From assembly GCA_963796675.1 (NCBI GenBank), contig CAWCMS010000020.1, positions 630,540 to 694,539 of the forward strand: 64,000 bases of DNA, given 5' to 3'. Below, in pieces: positions 10,814-19,622 of the stretch. This DNA comes from Terriglobia bacterium. GTDB taxonomy: Bacteria > Acidobacteriota > Terriglobia > Bryobacterales > Bryobacteraceae. The number at the start of each line of letters is the position of its first letter. Positions within the stretch are counted from its first letter, which is position 1. Under the pieces are notes generated by a model. The model saw nothing but the letters and a program-made list of their open reading frames with translations, did not search any database and had not been told where the DNA came from. The translations under genes were made by a program, and so were the position numbers.

Positions 10814-12997
10814 CTAGGCCGCCCCATGCGAAATCGTGAAGTTCACTTCTGCGCGCTGGCCATCCGGGTTCACCAACGCGAACGTGTGCGAGCCGCCCGC
10901 GGCGAACCACTTACCCACCTGGTCGCGCTGGGCCGAAACCAGTCGCGATGGATCGATCGTGAACCGCAGCGCCTTTGCAAATGTGGGATTCACTTCGTCG
11001 CGGCTAACCACGTCGGGAGCGTTCGCGCCGTCCTGGTTGAAGAGCAATTGGAACGAAAGATCGGCATTGTCGATCTGTGCCAGCCCATCCGGCGAAAGGT
11101 TGGTACCGCGAAGTTCGATGCGGCGCGTAACTACGGCAGGCCTCTCTTCCGCGTTGAGCGGAGCGGCAGCCGCCGTAGCAATGGCGGCAGTCACCCCTGC
11201 GGTAAGATCCTGCAACGCAACAGCCGCCTGCTGGGCGGCCTGCGCCTCGGCCGGACTGGCTTTGGGAGGCGTCGCGGCGAAGTCATTGGCGACCCGCGCG
11301 GCGGTTCCTTCCGCGGTATCGCGGAACTTGGCGAGATCGGCGACCAACTGGTTGAAGTCGTTCGCGGTATGAGCAGCCGCGGCCTCGTCCACTGCCCCCT
11401 TTAAGGCCGCAACCGCCGGCCCAGCCGCGGCGCCCGCTGACGACAGACCGGCCAGTGCCGCCCGGCCACTGACCACGGCTGACACCACGTCAGGCAATGC
11501 CGGGGGAGGCGCCGACTGTGCACGCAAAGCATCATCGGAATCCGGCGGATCCACCCCGATCGCGGAGATAACCGGGCCTGCCTTGCGCGCGATCTTGCCG
11601 CCCAGGTAGCCGACGGACGAGATCCCCATCATAACCAGCAGCCGGTCCGGAATCGTCGGCAGTTCGGTGATCGTGCCGGGAGCCATCTGCAGCACGGCGT
11701 AAACGAACATGCCGATACCCAGTAAGGTCCACAGCAACATTTGCATGCGGTCGGGTGCGACGACGCCCCCACTCGTGACGAAGTCGGCCAGCGAGGGATG
11801 CTGGTCGCCGGCGCCCTTCGACCCCCGAGTGGCAGTCACGATCTGTGAACCGATCGCCGTCCCCGCCGCAACCAGGATGATACCCGGCAGATTAGCCGGA
11901 ACGTCGGGCCAGGTTGGTAAGTGCTGTACATAAACCCGGCTGATGAACAGGTACGAGTAGGCGAACAATGCCGCCACCGTCCACAAATAGAACTGGAGTT
12001 TCGAAAGGCTGTAGGTGTCGGTTTCCTCGTCCAGGAAGAGCATCCGCAACCGGTAGTCTCCCTCCCCGATGCGATAGCTCTTTTTTACAAACATGATCAG
12101 GAGCAAAGGCAGCAGTCCGAGAATGAGCGCGACCAGTGCGGCAATGCTCGTCACGACACTGCTGCCGATCGGAAACACACGGAGCAGTTGCGACGTTCCC
12201 GGGCTATCTCCAAACCCGGCGGCGAAGACCAGTTGGCCGCTATCCGGAGCAGGCACATAGCAAAGCTCGGCCTCGTCGCTGCCGTTCACTTTTCCGTGGA
12301 TCGCGTGGTCCTTAGGCGCGTTCTTGCTGCCGAGTGTTTCCGGGCCGCAGGCGCCGTCCCACTGAATCTTCTGGCGGGCCTCATTGATCCAGACGGCGAT
12401 ACCCTGGCCTTTTTCCGTTGCGGTCTTCTCGTGCTCGGAATCCGAGAAGAGGAACCCGTTTCCGCGCAGAACCACTCCGATGGTCTCGAAGGCTCGCACC
12501 TTTCCGTCCTTCTTTTCGTAGAAGGGCATAGTGCCGTAAATGTCGGCCGGGTCGAACCGGTTGAGCGTCACGACTCCGCCGCCAACCGGCCCAACGACGA
12601 CGTCATCCACCTTCTGGCCTTCCGCTACCAGGGGCTGGCCGTTCAAAATCGCCTGCACCGCATAGGTGCCGAACGGCAGGTCCTGACCGATCGTAGCCGT
12701 GATCAGGCCCGGACTCTGGCCGGCCGCCGGCTGGTAATCCACATCGTTGGCCACCGTGACCGAGCCTGCGCGGATGAGGCGCACCTCGGCGGTTGTTTTC
12801 TGGGTCGGGCCATCTCTCACTACGATGCGAATAGCATCGCCGGACGAGACGTATGCGGTCTCGACTTTGACGGTGCTGATGACCTTTTCCGTGGAAGACG
12901 CAGCCGCCGGAGCGGCCCACACCGCGATTCCCGGAAGCGCCACGCCGGCAAACAAAACAACGCGACTGAGACGATAAGCAGTTTGTCTCGGAATCAT
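10814..12997 (-). CDS. Unknown 727-aa membrane protein: signal peptide, beta-sandwich ectodomains, 5 TM helices, and a cytoplasmic Ala-rich + beta-sandwich tail
   Basis: ATG at 12997 preceded by GAGGAGGG. Begins MIPRQTAYRLSRVVLFAGVALPGIAVWAAPAAASS. TM candidates are VVTSIAALVALILGLLPLLLIMFV, LQFYLWTVAALFAYSYLFISRVYV, GIILVAAGTAIGSQIVTA, MQMLLWTLLGIGMFVYAVLQMA and LLVMMGISSVGYLGGKIA. K/R residues follow TM1, TM3 and TM5 (positive-inside rule). No family motif recognised. Confidence 0.7.
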   Translation of the reverse strand: MIPRQTAYRLSRVVLFAGVALPGIAVWAAPAAASSTEKVISTVKVETAYVSSGDAIRIVVRDGPTQKTTAEVRLIRAGSVTVANDVDYQPAAGQSPGLITATIGQDLPFGTYAVQAILNGQPLVAEGQKVDDVVVGPVGGGVVTLNRFDPADIYGTMPFYEKKDGKVRAFETIGVVLRGNGFLFSDSEHEKTATEKGQGIAVWINEARQKIQWDGACGPETLGSKNAPKDHAIHGKVNGSDEAELCYVPAPDSGQLVFAAGFGDSPGTSQLLRVFPIGSSVVTSIAALVALILGLLPLLLIMFVKKSYRIGEGDYRLRMLFLDEETDTYSLSKLQFYLWTVAALFAYSYLFISRVYVQHLPTWPDVPANLPGIILVAAGTAIGSQIVTATRGSKGAGDQHPSLADFVTSGGVVAPDRMQMLLWTLLGIGMFVYAVLQMAPGTITELPTIPDRLLVMMGISSVGYLGGKIARKAGPVISAIGVDPPDSDDALRAQSAPPPALPDVVSAVVSGRAALAGLSSAGAAAGPAVAALKGAVDEAAAAHTANDFNQLVADLAKFRDTAEGTAARVANDFAATPPKASPAEAQAAQQAAVALQDLTAGVTAAIATAAAAPLNAEERPAVVTRRIELRGTNLSPDGLAQIDNADLSFQLLFNQDGANAPDVVSRDEVNPTFAKALRFTIDPSRLVSAQRDQVGKWFAAGGSHTFALVNPDGQRAEVNFTISHGAA

Positions 12998-13034
12998 TGG
13001 TCTTCCCTCCTCATAGGAAGAAACTCCGGTCCGT

Positions 13035-14060
13035 TCATTCCCCCGCTTCTGCCGCGGCAGCTTGCGCCTCCACGGTATACAGCGGATCGAAGGCATGCAG
13101 TCCTTCGCGCTTCGCGGTCATCCATCGCATCGCATAGACCACGCGCGGATCGGTCAGCCCTTTCGTGATCCAATTGGGAATGACCTCCAGCAACGCGTGC
13201 GCGGCGACGTCCTTGTAATAGTCGATATCCGGCTCGATCTTGACGCAGGAAATCTGGTTCTGATTCTCATCCGTAAAAGTGGTCGTATCGGTTCCGTGGA
13301 AGGTAAGTTGGACGTTGGCCATATCGAACTGAGTCTGCTTGTAGCTTTCCGTCGCGTCGGTGTGTCCCCACGCCTGGGGGTCCGGCTCGCGCGAGAAGCC
13401 ATGGCCGTTTGCGGCCCGAACATCGGGTAGGATCGCCCGATCCACATAACAAAAGAAGCGGTCCTGCTTGAAGATGGTGTCCAGGTTGCGGAACCAGGCC
13501 GGATCCTTCCAATCTCCCGCCGGCCAGGCGATGTTCCAGTAGTATTCGAGCGCACACTTGCCGGATGGAAGCACGATGTCCGCCAGGGCCGTCACGATAT
13601 TCAGAAAACAGGCCAGAGCTGCCGGCCGGTTCTCCATCACCGCCGAGTACTTGTCCGCGCTCGCCTCAGGGCTTTCGCAACCGCGCCGGATCATTTGAGC
13701 CACTCCCGAGCGGGACTGCTGGAGCTTGCTCCACGTGGCGTTGGCGAAGTGCGGAACCCCGTCTTTCGGCAGAAACATCAGGTCCAGATTCACGGGCGCT
13801 TCGTCGGTAACGGGCACGGGATACCACGCGGAGTTGTCATAGCCGCCGGCTTCGGCGATCACCGTGTACAGGTCTCCGAAGTTATCGAAATACGGCACCG
13901 TGAGGATTGCCGACGCGCCCGTAACATTGAAGTAGAGAGTTTGCTGCCCGTCCGCTTGTGACCTGCCGTCGCGAGTCTGTACGGACCATCTCTTGTCGTT
14001 GGGAAACAACTGCCGCGCCCCATCGTAGGCGTGCAATACGATATTCGCTGTGTCCGGCAT
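13035..14060 (-). CDS. Unknown 341-aa soluble protein
   Basis: ATG at 14060 preceded by GGGGAGG. No signal peptide, no TM segment and no motif I recognise. The spacer to the upstream gene is 24 nt and to the downstream gene 37 nt. Confidence 0.65.
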   Translation of the reverse strand: MPDTANIVLHAYDGARQLFPNDKRWSVQTRDGRSQADGQQTLYFNVTGASAILTVPYFDNFGDLYTVIAEAGGYDNSAWYPVPVTDEAPVNLDLMFLPKDGVPHFANATWSKLQQSRSGVAQMIRRGCESPEASADKYSAVMENRPAALACFLNIVTALADIVLPSGKCALEYYWNIAWPAGDWKDPAWFRNLDTIFKQDRFFCYVDRAILPDVRAANGHGFSREPDPQAWGHTDATESYKQTQFDMANVQLTFHGTDTTTFTDENQNQISCVKIEPDIDYYKDVAAHALLEVIPNWITKGLTDPRVVYAMRWMTAKREGLHAFDPLYTVEAQAAAAEAGE

Positions 14061-14084
14061 CTGAAACCTCCCCGGCCGACCTGG

Positions 14085-16334
14085 CTACAACTGCCCCGCT
14101 GCTGCCTGGACCGCCGCCGCGGGCACCACGGCGAGAGCGGGCGGGTGCCCGCGCTCCACCAGGAAGGTCTTGCACGATGCCTTTCCGTAAGCGGTGTCCG
14201 GCGATCCTCCCGCCCAATACAGGCACACCATTCCCCACGGCTCCGCAAACCGCATCTTACTGGCCTTGACCATCGCGGCCAGGGCCTTTTGCAGGGAGTC
14301 GCGCTTCTTCTTGAATTCGTTGTTCTGCATCAACTGGTTGACGTCGGAATCTCCGACGAACTTGCGCATGTCCAGCACCAGCTTCCCGGCGTCAGCCATG
14401 CCGCCCGCCCAGTCGACGATGTCCATCACATCGCCAATCAGAAACTCCACGCGTGGATCGGCGGTACTCAACCCCACCAGAGGTCCGAGGTTGACATTGG
14501 CGCCGATCTCATACGCCTGCGGCCACTTATCGTCGACGATCCGATAGCGCAGTTGATCGATCGCCTGATGGTCGGGATCGAGAAGTGCGCGCAAAGCCTG
14601 CCGGGCAGTCGTCAGGTAGTGATCCTGATCCCAGAGCGTATCAGCGGTCCTGAGGAACATCGATGCACAGTCGGAATCCGTGAACGAAGTTCGAAGAATG
14701 CACGTGGAAGGTCCGCCGTCGATGAACTGAGCGAGAATGCTTGCCTTATCGGGCTTGCTTAATAGGTTTAAGGCCACAAACCAACTCAGGTAGTCCCCCA
14801 TGGTCTGGTGGTTCGTGCTCTGATTCAGAGCAAAGTGCATCTGCTCGCAGTCCAGCTCGGGGAGAGCCACGGCCTTCCCCGCGCGGTAACTGGTCGTCAT
14901 GAGGACGGAATCGAAGATCGCCTTGCGCAGAGCCTCGTGCCGGTCGAGCGGACTGACAATCGCGTTGATCCGGTTCCCGGTGACCGTCTCCTTGATGGTA
15001 ATGTCTCCACTGACGTCATCCGTTACCACCTCGCTGTTCCGGATCAACTCGGAAACGCTCAGGTAGTTCAGAATCCCGAGGAGGTTCAGCTTGAGCGTCG
15101 ATCCCCGCTTTCGCATCTCCGAAAACGCACTGTTGAGCATCCGGATTCCCGGAGCCAGAATGCCGCCGTCCTGCATGGTGGCCTCCATTTCCGTGAGCCC
15201 GGTGAGATCTCCGTCCAATGCTCTGTGAACCGCGGCGGAGCCCTCGGCGCTCAACTGCCCCGTCTGGACCACATACTGGAACGCCGCCTGGTCGTCGGTC
15301 ACGGCCGACAGGGCCAGATCGAGCGATGCCTGCAAACTGTGGTCTAATCCGCTCTTGATTGCGGTTGCGAGCGTCGTGAGCTCTTGCGGATTCAGATCGG
15401 AAAGAAGCTGCTGGTCTTTCGTCGGGTCGCTGGTGCTGATGGCCCCCAGCAGCGCCGCGATCAGATCGGTATCCCCGATGGACGCCTGGATACCCGCTGA
15501 GGCGGAAAGGTCGACGGTGAGGTTGGTCCCTTTCTCTTTCAGATAACTGAGCTGGATCGTGCCCGGTCCCGTGCGTTGCACCCTCACCTGGTATGAGCCC
15601 GAAATCGTGAACGCGGCCGACAATCCGGCCGTGGCTCCGGCTTTCACCGCAACCGTTCCCAGTCCCAAAGGCAAATCCGCCGACGCCAGGGGATTCGGCG
15701 AGGCGGTCACACTGACGGCACCCGATATCTTCAGGCTCCCGCTGCCCGATACCGTGGCGATGTCGTTAGTTCCCAGTAAGTCGAGGTCCGAAACATCGGC
15801 GGGAATGACAAAGCACGATAACGCCTGGCCCAGCGCACTTCCCACTGTAGGCTCGCCCGCGCCTGACTCGAAAGCTTTCCAGTATTCCAGAGCGATGCTG
15901 CCCGACTTATCGAGACCGAACGTGAGATCACCGGCCGAGCCGCTCACACCGAGGTCGAGCGATCCCTGGAACCCGACCGACAAGTAGCCGGTGCCGGGCG
16001 CAATCGTCGCTGGAACCTGGAATGGATCGCCGTCGAAAAGGTCCGCGTTGGGCGCGGTATTCACTTGGATCGTCGCGTGAGCGCCCGGCGTCACGTCAAT
16101 CTCCGGGTTGGTGCTGCCGAGTTCGAACTCATGCTGGACGTTGGCGTCGAACCGGACCGGTTTCTTGTTTCCCACTTGACTAATTGGAATATCTTTGACC
16201 CCCAGAAAGTCGGGGAGGACGGCAAGGTGGAGAAGTTCCGTCTTGAGATATTTGACCAAAGACGAAGGATGGGCCAGATCTATCTGGATACCGGGCACGG
16301 GAATGCCCTGATCGGTTACTTGTATGTCGGCCAT
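14085..16334 (-). CDS. Unknown 749-aa soluble protein (G/S/T/A-rich beta-type N-terminal half, helical C-terminal half)
   Basis: ATG at 16334 with AGGAG about 10 nt upstream. No signal peptide, no TM segment, no Walker, HExxH or other catalytic motif recognised. First gene of the operon. Confidence 0.7.
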   Translation of the reverse strand: MADIQVTDQGIPVPGIQIDLAHPSSLVKYLKTELLHLAVLPDFLGVKDIPISQVGNKKPVRFDANVQHEFELGSTNPEIDVTPGAHATIQVNTAPNADLFDGDPFQVPATIAPGTGYLSVGFQGSLDLGVSGSAGDLTFGLDKSGSIALEYWKAFESGAGEPTVGSALGQALSCFVIPADVSDLDLLGTNDIATVSGSGSLKISGAVSVTASPNPLASADLPLGLGTVAVKAGATAGLSAAFTISGSYQVRVQRTGPGTIQLSYLKEKGTNLTVDLSASAGIQASIGDTDLIAALLGAISTSDPTKDQQLLSDLNPQELTTLATAIKSGLDHSLQASLDLALSAVTDDQAAFQYVVQTGQLSAEGSAAVHRALDGDLTGLTEMEATMQDGGILAPGIRMLNSAFSEMRKRGSTLKLNLLGILNYLSVSELIRNSEVVTDDVSGDITIKETVTGNRINAIVSPLDRHEALRKAIFDSVLMTTSYRAGKAVALPELDCEQMHFALNQSTNHQTMGDYLSWFVALNLLSKPDKASILAQFIDGGPSTCILRTSFTDSDCASMFLRTADTLWDQDHYLTTARQALRALLDPDHQAIDQLRYRIVDDKWPQAYEIGANVNLGPLVGLSTADPRVEFLIGDVMDIVDWAGGMADAGKLVLDMRKFVGDSDVNQLMQNNEFKKKRDSLQKALAAMVKASKMRFAEPWGMVCLYWAGGSPDTAYGKASCKTFLVERGHPPALAVVPAAAVQAAAGQL

Positions 16335-16424
16335 CGGTTGGCGCTCCTATTCTGGAAATTGCTTCCAGTGATATTAGCGTGAACCGATTGAAAGGGGGCC
16401 ACCTTTTTCGGATATTTCTTAAGT

Positions 16425-16448
16425 GACGCGGGAGATGACTCCCGCGTC
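16425..16448 (-). terminator. Perfect hairpin terminating the upstream NHL gene
   Basis: GACGCGGGAG-atga-CTCCCGCGTC, a 10-bp stem with a 4-nt loop, 17 nt after the stop at 16465. No U-tract. Confidence 0.5.
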
Positions 16449-16464
16449 GTCATTCGACCAGTAC

Positions 16465-19400
16465 TTACTTCTTAATCGAAAGTACCATTCCGCTCGGCGA
16501 CGAGACCCCGCCGATTGCTGCCACGATCGGCCAGTCGCCGTCGGCCAGCGTCGACGGCACCTGGATTGCCACCTGGTACAGTCCCACGAAGCCGGGGGCC
16601 AGCGCCGCCCCGTAGACTGTCGCCGGGACGTTATCGATCGTTACCGTGGGCGGCGTGCTCGTGGAGTAGGTCTGGGTCGAAGGCACCTGCACCCCCGTCG
16701 GCGCCGCGGGACTCGTCGGGCCGAAGCCCGTGCCCCAGAGGATGAGTACGTCTCCGGGCTTCGCCGGCACTGTCGTGGATCCGGCCCAGGTGCCGTTCTT
16801 GGCCGCAAAGCTGTAATCCTGGAGTGTCGCCACTACCTGATTGTTCGGCCACGGGAAGAATGCCGGAGCATACAGGCTCGAGGCCACCGTGAATGTCGAA
16901 CTTGTGCCGGAGGGCGTGGTCACCGTGACCTGCGTGGAGCCCTGCGCCACGTCCGGCGCCAGGATGTTGATCTGTGTCGGACTCACGTAATAGATGTACG
17001 CCGGCTTGTCCCCCACTTTGACCGACACGCCGTCGAGGGACGTGGGCAGCACGCCGTTGACGATCGCGTTCGCCCAGGTATCGGTCACCGGCGAGAGGTT
17101 CGCGCCCAGGATCGTCACCCAGGAGTTTGCCACCAGCCCTGCCTGGAAACTCGCGCCGTTCACGATCCCGTTCGACGAAATGCCCGGCGCGGCCGATCCG
17201 CCGCCGCCCGTCGTCACCTTGCGTACCCGATTGTTGGACGTATCGGCGATATACAGGTTGCCCGCGCTGTCCACCGCCACGTCGCTGGGATTGTTCAGCC
17301 CGGCGTTCACCGCGGGGCTCCCGTCGCCCGAGAAGCCGGCGATCCCGTTGCCTGCCACCGTCGTGATGATTCCGGACGTGTCCACCTTCCGGATCCGGTT
17401 ATTCGCGGCGTCCGCGATGTAGAGGTTGCCGGACGAGTCCGTCGCGAGCCCCGCGTGCGATCCGTACAAGGCGATCGCCGCCGAGGTGCCCGCTCCGCCG
17501 TCACCGGAATAGGCCTTGGAGCCCATGCCCGCCACCGTCGAAATGATGCCCGCCGTATTTACCTTGCGCACCCGGTAATTGCCGATATCCGCAATGTAGA
17601 GGTTCCCCGATGCATCCACCGCGACTCCTCCGGGCAGGAAGAGCCCCGCTCCCACGGCCGGGCCGCCATCGCCCGAATAGATCGGCAGCACCGCCCCGCC
17701 CGCCACCGTGCTGATGACTCCTGCAGTGTCCACCTTGCGGACGCGGGAATTCGCGCTGTCGGCGATGAACAGGTTCCCCGCACTATCCACCGCCAGACCG
17801 GCCGGCGCCCAGAGCGTCGCGCTGGTCGCCGGTCCGCCATCCCCCGAGAATCCGACCTTCCCGTTGCCCGCCACCGTGTTGATGTTTCCCGAGGTATCCA
17901 CCTTGCGCACTCGGTTATTGGTGCTGTCGGCGATGTAGACATTGCCCGCGCGATCGGCGGCCACCGCGCTCGGATTGAACAGCGCCGCTTTCGTCGCCGG
18001 CCCGCCATCGCCCGAGAAGCTGATCGCCCCGTTGCCCGCGAGCGTCGTAATCGTGCCCGCTGTATCGATTTTCAGCACGCGGCTGCTCACCATATCCGCG
18101 ACGTAGAGGTTCCCCGCGCCATCCACCGCGACCGCGTTCGCCCCCAGCGCAGCCTTCGTGGCCGAGCCTCCTTCGCCGGAATACGGAATGAATCCGTTGC
18201 CCGCCGCCGTCGAGATGACGCCCTGACTGGCGGGAGAGTTGACTGTCAACTTCACCGGCACCGTTTGCGGCGTATTACCCGACCCGCTCGGCGTGATCGT
18301 GATGGTGCCGTTATAACTGCCCGCCGCGAGGCCAGCGGGATTCACCGAGACCGTCAGCGTCGTTCCCACCGTGCCGCTCGACGGACTGACCGAAAGCCAG
18401 TTCCCTCCCGAGGTGGTCGAAGGCGTCGCCGTAAACGTCAGGGTCGCTCCCGGACTGATGATGACCACAGTCTGACCCGGCGGCGCCGCGGCCCCCACCG
18501 TATAGGAGTACGAGAGCGACGACGGACTAACCGTCACCGGCGATCCCGAGGCGCCCGACAACACTTTGCGCACGCGGGCTGCCCCACTGTCCGCAATGTA
18601 TACGTTGCCTGCCGCGTCCACCGCCACACTCGTAATGTTGATGAAGTTTGCGCTGGTGGCTGCTCCGCCATCGCCATTGCCCTGCCCGGTATTCAACCCG
18701 CCGCCCGCAAATGTGCTGATGATCCCGGACGTGTTCACTTTGCGAACGCGCGCTCCTCCCGTATCGGCAAGGTAGAGGTTGCCGTCGGCATCCACAGTCA
18801 CCCAGGTAACCGTCATCCCCGCCTTCGTGGCCGGGCCTCCGTCACCGATCGCGATCGGAGTGCCGCTGCCCGCCACCGTCGTGATGATCCCGTTGGTATC
18901 CACTTTGCGGACGTGTGTGGCGTTGTCCGCAAAATAGAGATTACCCTGGCGGTCCACCGCCAGCCCCTGCGGCAGATACAGCTTCGCGCTGGTCGCCGGA
19001 CCGCCATCCCCCGAGTAGCCCTGCTGGCCGCTGCCCGCCACCGTAGTAATGATTCCGCTGGTGTCGATCTTGCGGATACGGTTGTTCAGGCTATCGGCCA
19101 GATATAGATTTCCGGCGCTATCCGCCACGACGTTCGTGCACAGAAACGTGGCACTCGTCGCCGGACCGCCATCGCCCGAAAAGCCCGGCAGTCCGGTTCC
19201 CGCGACGGTGCTGATCACCCCCGCCGTGTTGACCTTGCGGATACTCGCACCTTGCGCGATGTACAGATTGCCGGCGCCATCCACCGTCACACTGCCTGGA
19301 AAAACCTGCGCGTTCGTCGCCAATCCACCGTCGCCGCCGCCGATCGCACTCCCGCCGCCCGCCACGGTGGTAATGATGCCGGACGCATCGACCTTGCGGA

Positions 19401-19614
19401 TCCTGTTGTTGCCTCCGTCCGAGATCAGCAGGTTTCCCGAGTTATCGACCGCGACCGTAAGTGCACCGCCGAGCTTCGCGCTGGTCGCCTGGCCGCCATC
19501 GCCCGAGTAACCGCCGCTGCCGGTCCCCGCTACGGTAGTGATGGTCGCCTGCGCATGGCAGGGCGCCGCGGCAGTAAGTACCGCAAAGAAAGAGAGATAA
19601 GGAGTAAGTTTCAT
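16465..19614 (-). CDS. Secreted double NHL-propeller protein (6+6 blades) with a BACON-like Ig domain and a TIGR03437-like C-terminal domain
   Basis: Start at 19614 (MKLTPYLSFFAVLTAAAPCHAQ), 9 nt after the stop of the upstream paralogue; the track ORF to 19956 is an over-extension. There are twelve copies of the unit GDGGPATSA..P.G.AVD.AGNLYIAD..N.R.RKV...G.I.T.AG. The Ig-type segment reads SLSYSYTVG...GGNWLSVSPSSGT..TLTVSVNPAGL. The tail reads IVNGASFQ...YVSPTQINILAP...GFVGLYQVAIQVP. Confidence 0.85.
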   Translation of the reverse strand: MKLTPYLSFFAVLTAAAPCHAQATITTVAGTGSGGYSGDGGQATSAKLGGALTVAVDNSGNLLISDGGNNRIRKVDASGIITTVAGGGSAIGGGDGGLATNAQVFPGSVTVDGAGNLYIAQGASIRKVNTAGVISTVAGTGLPGFSGDGGPATSATFLCTNVVADSAGNLYLADSLNNRIRKIDTSGIITTVAGSGQQGYSGDGGPATSAKLYLPQGLAVDRQGNLYFADNATHVRKVDTNGIITTVAGSGTPIAIGDGGPATKAGMTVTWVTVDADGNLYLADTGGARVRKVNTSGIISTFAGGGLNTGQGNGDGGAATSANFINITSVAVDAAGNVYIADSGAARVRKVLSGASGSPVTVSPSSLSYSYTVGAAAPPGQTVVIISPGATLTFTATPSTTSGGNWLSVSPSSGTVGTTLTVSVNPAGLAAGSYNGTITITPSGSGNTPQTVPVKLTVNSPASQGVISTAAGNGFIPYSGEGGSATKAALGANAVAVDGAGNLYVADMVSSRVLKIDTAGTITTLAGNGAISFSGDGGPATKAALFNPSAVAADRAGNVYIADSTNNRVRKVDTSGNINTVAGNGKVGFSGDGGPATSATLWAPAGLAVDSAGNLFIADSANSRVRKVDTAGVISTVAGGAVLPIYSGDGGPAVGAGLFLPGGVAVDASGNLYIADIGNYRVRKVNTAGIISTVAGMGSKAYSGDGGAGTSAAIALYGSHAGLATDSSGNLYIADAANNRIRKVDTSGIITTVAGNGIAGFSGDGSPAVNAGLNNPSDVAVDSAGNLYIADTSNNRVRKVTTGGGGSAAPGISSNGIVNGASFQAGLVANSWVTILGANLSPVTDTWANAIVNGVLPTSLDGVSVKVGDKPAYIYYVSPTQINILAPDVAQGSTQVTVTTPSGTSSTFTVASSLYAPAFFPWPNNQVVATLQDYSFAAKNGTWAGSTTVPAKPGDVLILWGTGFGPTSPAAPTGVQVPSTQTYSTSTPPTVTIDNVPATVYGAALAPGFVGLYQVAIQVPSTLADGDWPIVAAIGGVSSPSGMVLSIKK
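17209..19545 (-). repeat. Intragenic tandem NHL-blade repeats (two blocks of six, about 55-58 codons each)
   Basis: The protein-level periodicity is listed under the CDS. Blocks map to roughly 18559-19545 and 17209-18222, separated by the Ig-like domain. The repeats are coding, not intergenic. Confidence 0.7.
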
Positions 19615-19622
19615 GGGTAACC

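Noticed and set aside
9861-16334. Low GC content as proof that the four-gene operon was acquired horizontally
   Set aside because: Hand counts of single lines vary from 50 to about 75 percent G+C within the block. Similarly low lines occur in emrB (for example 46801). The evidence is too weak without a computed sliding-window and codon-usage analysis.
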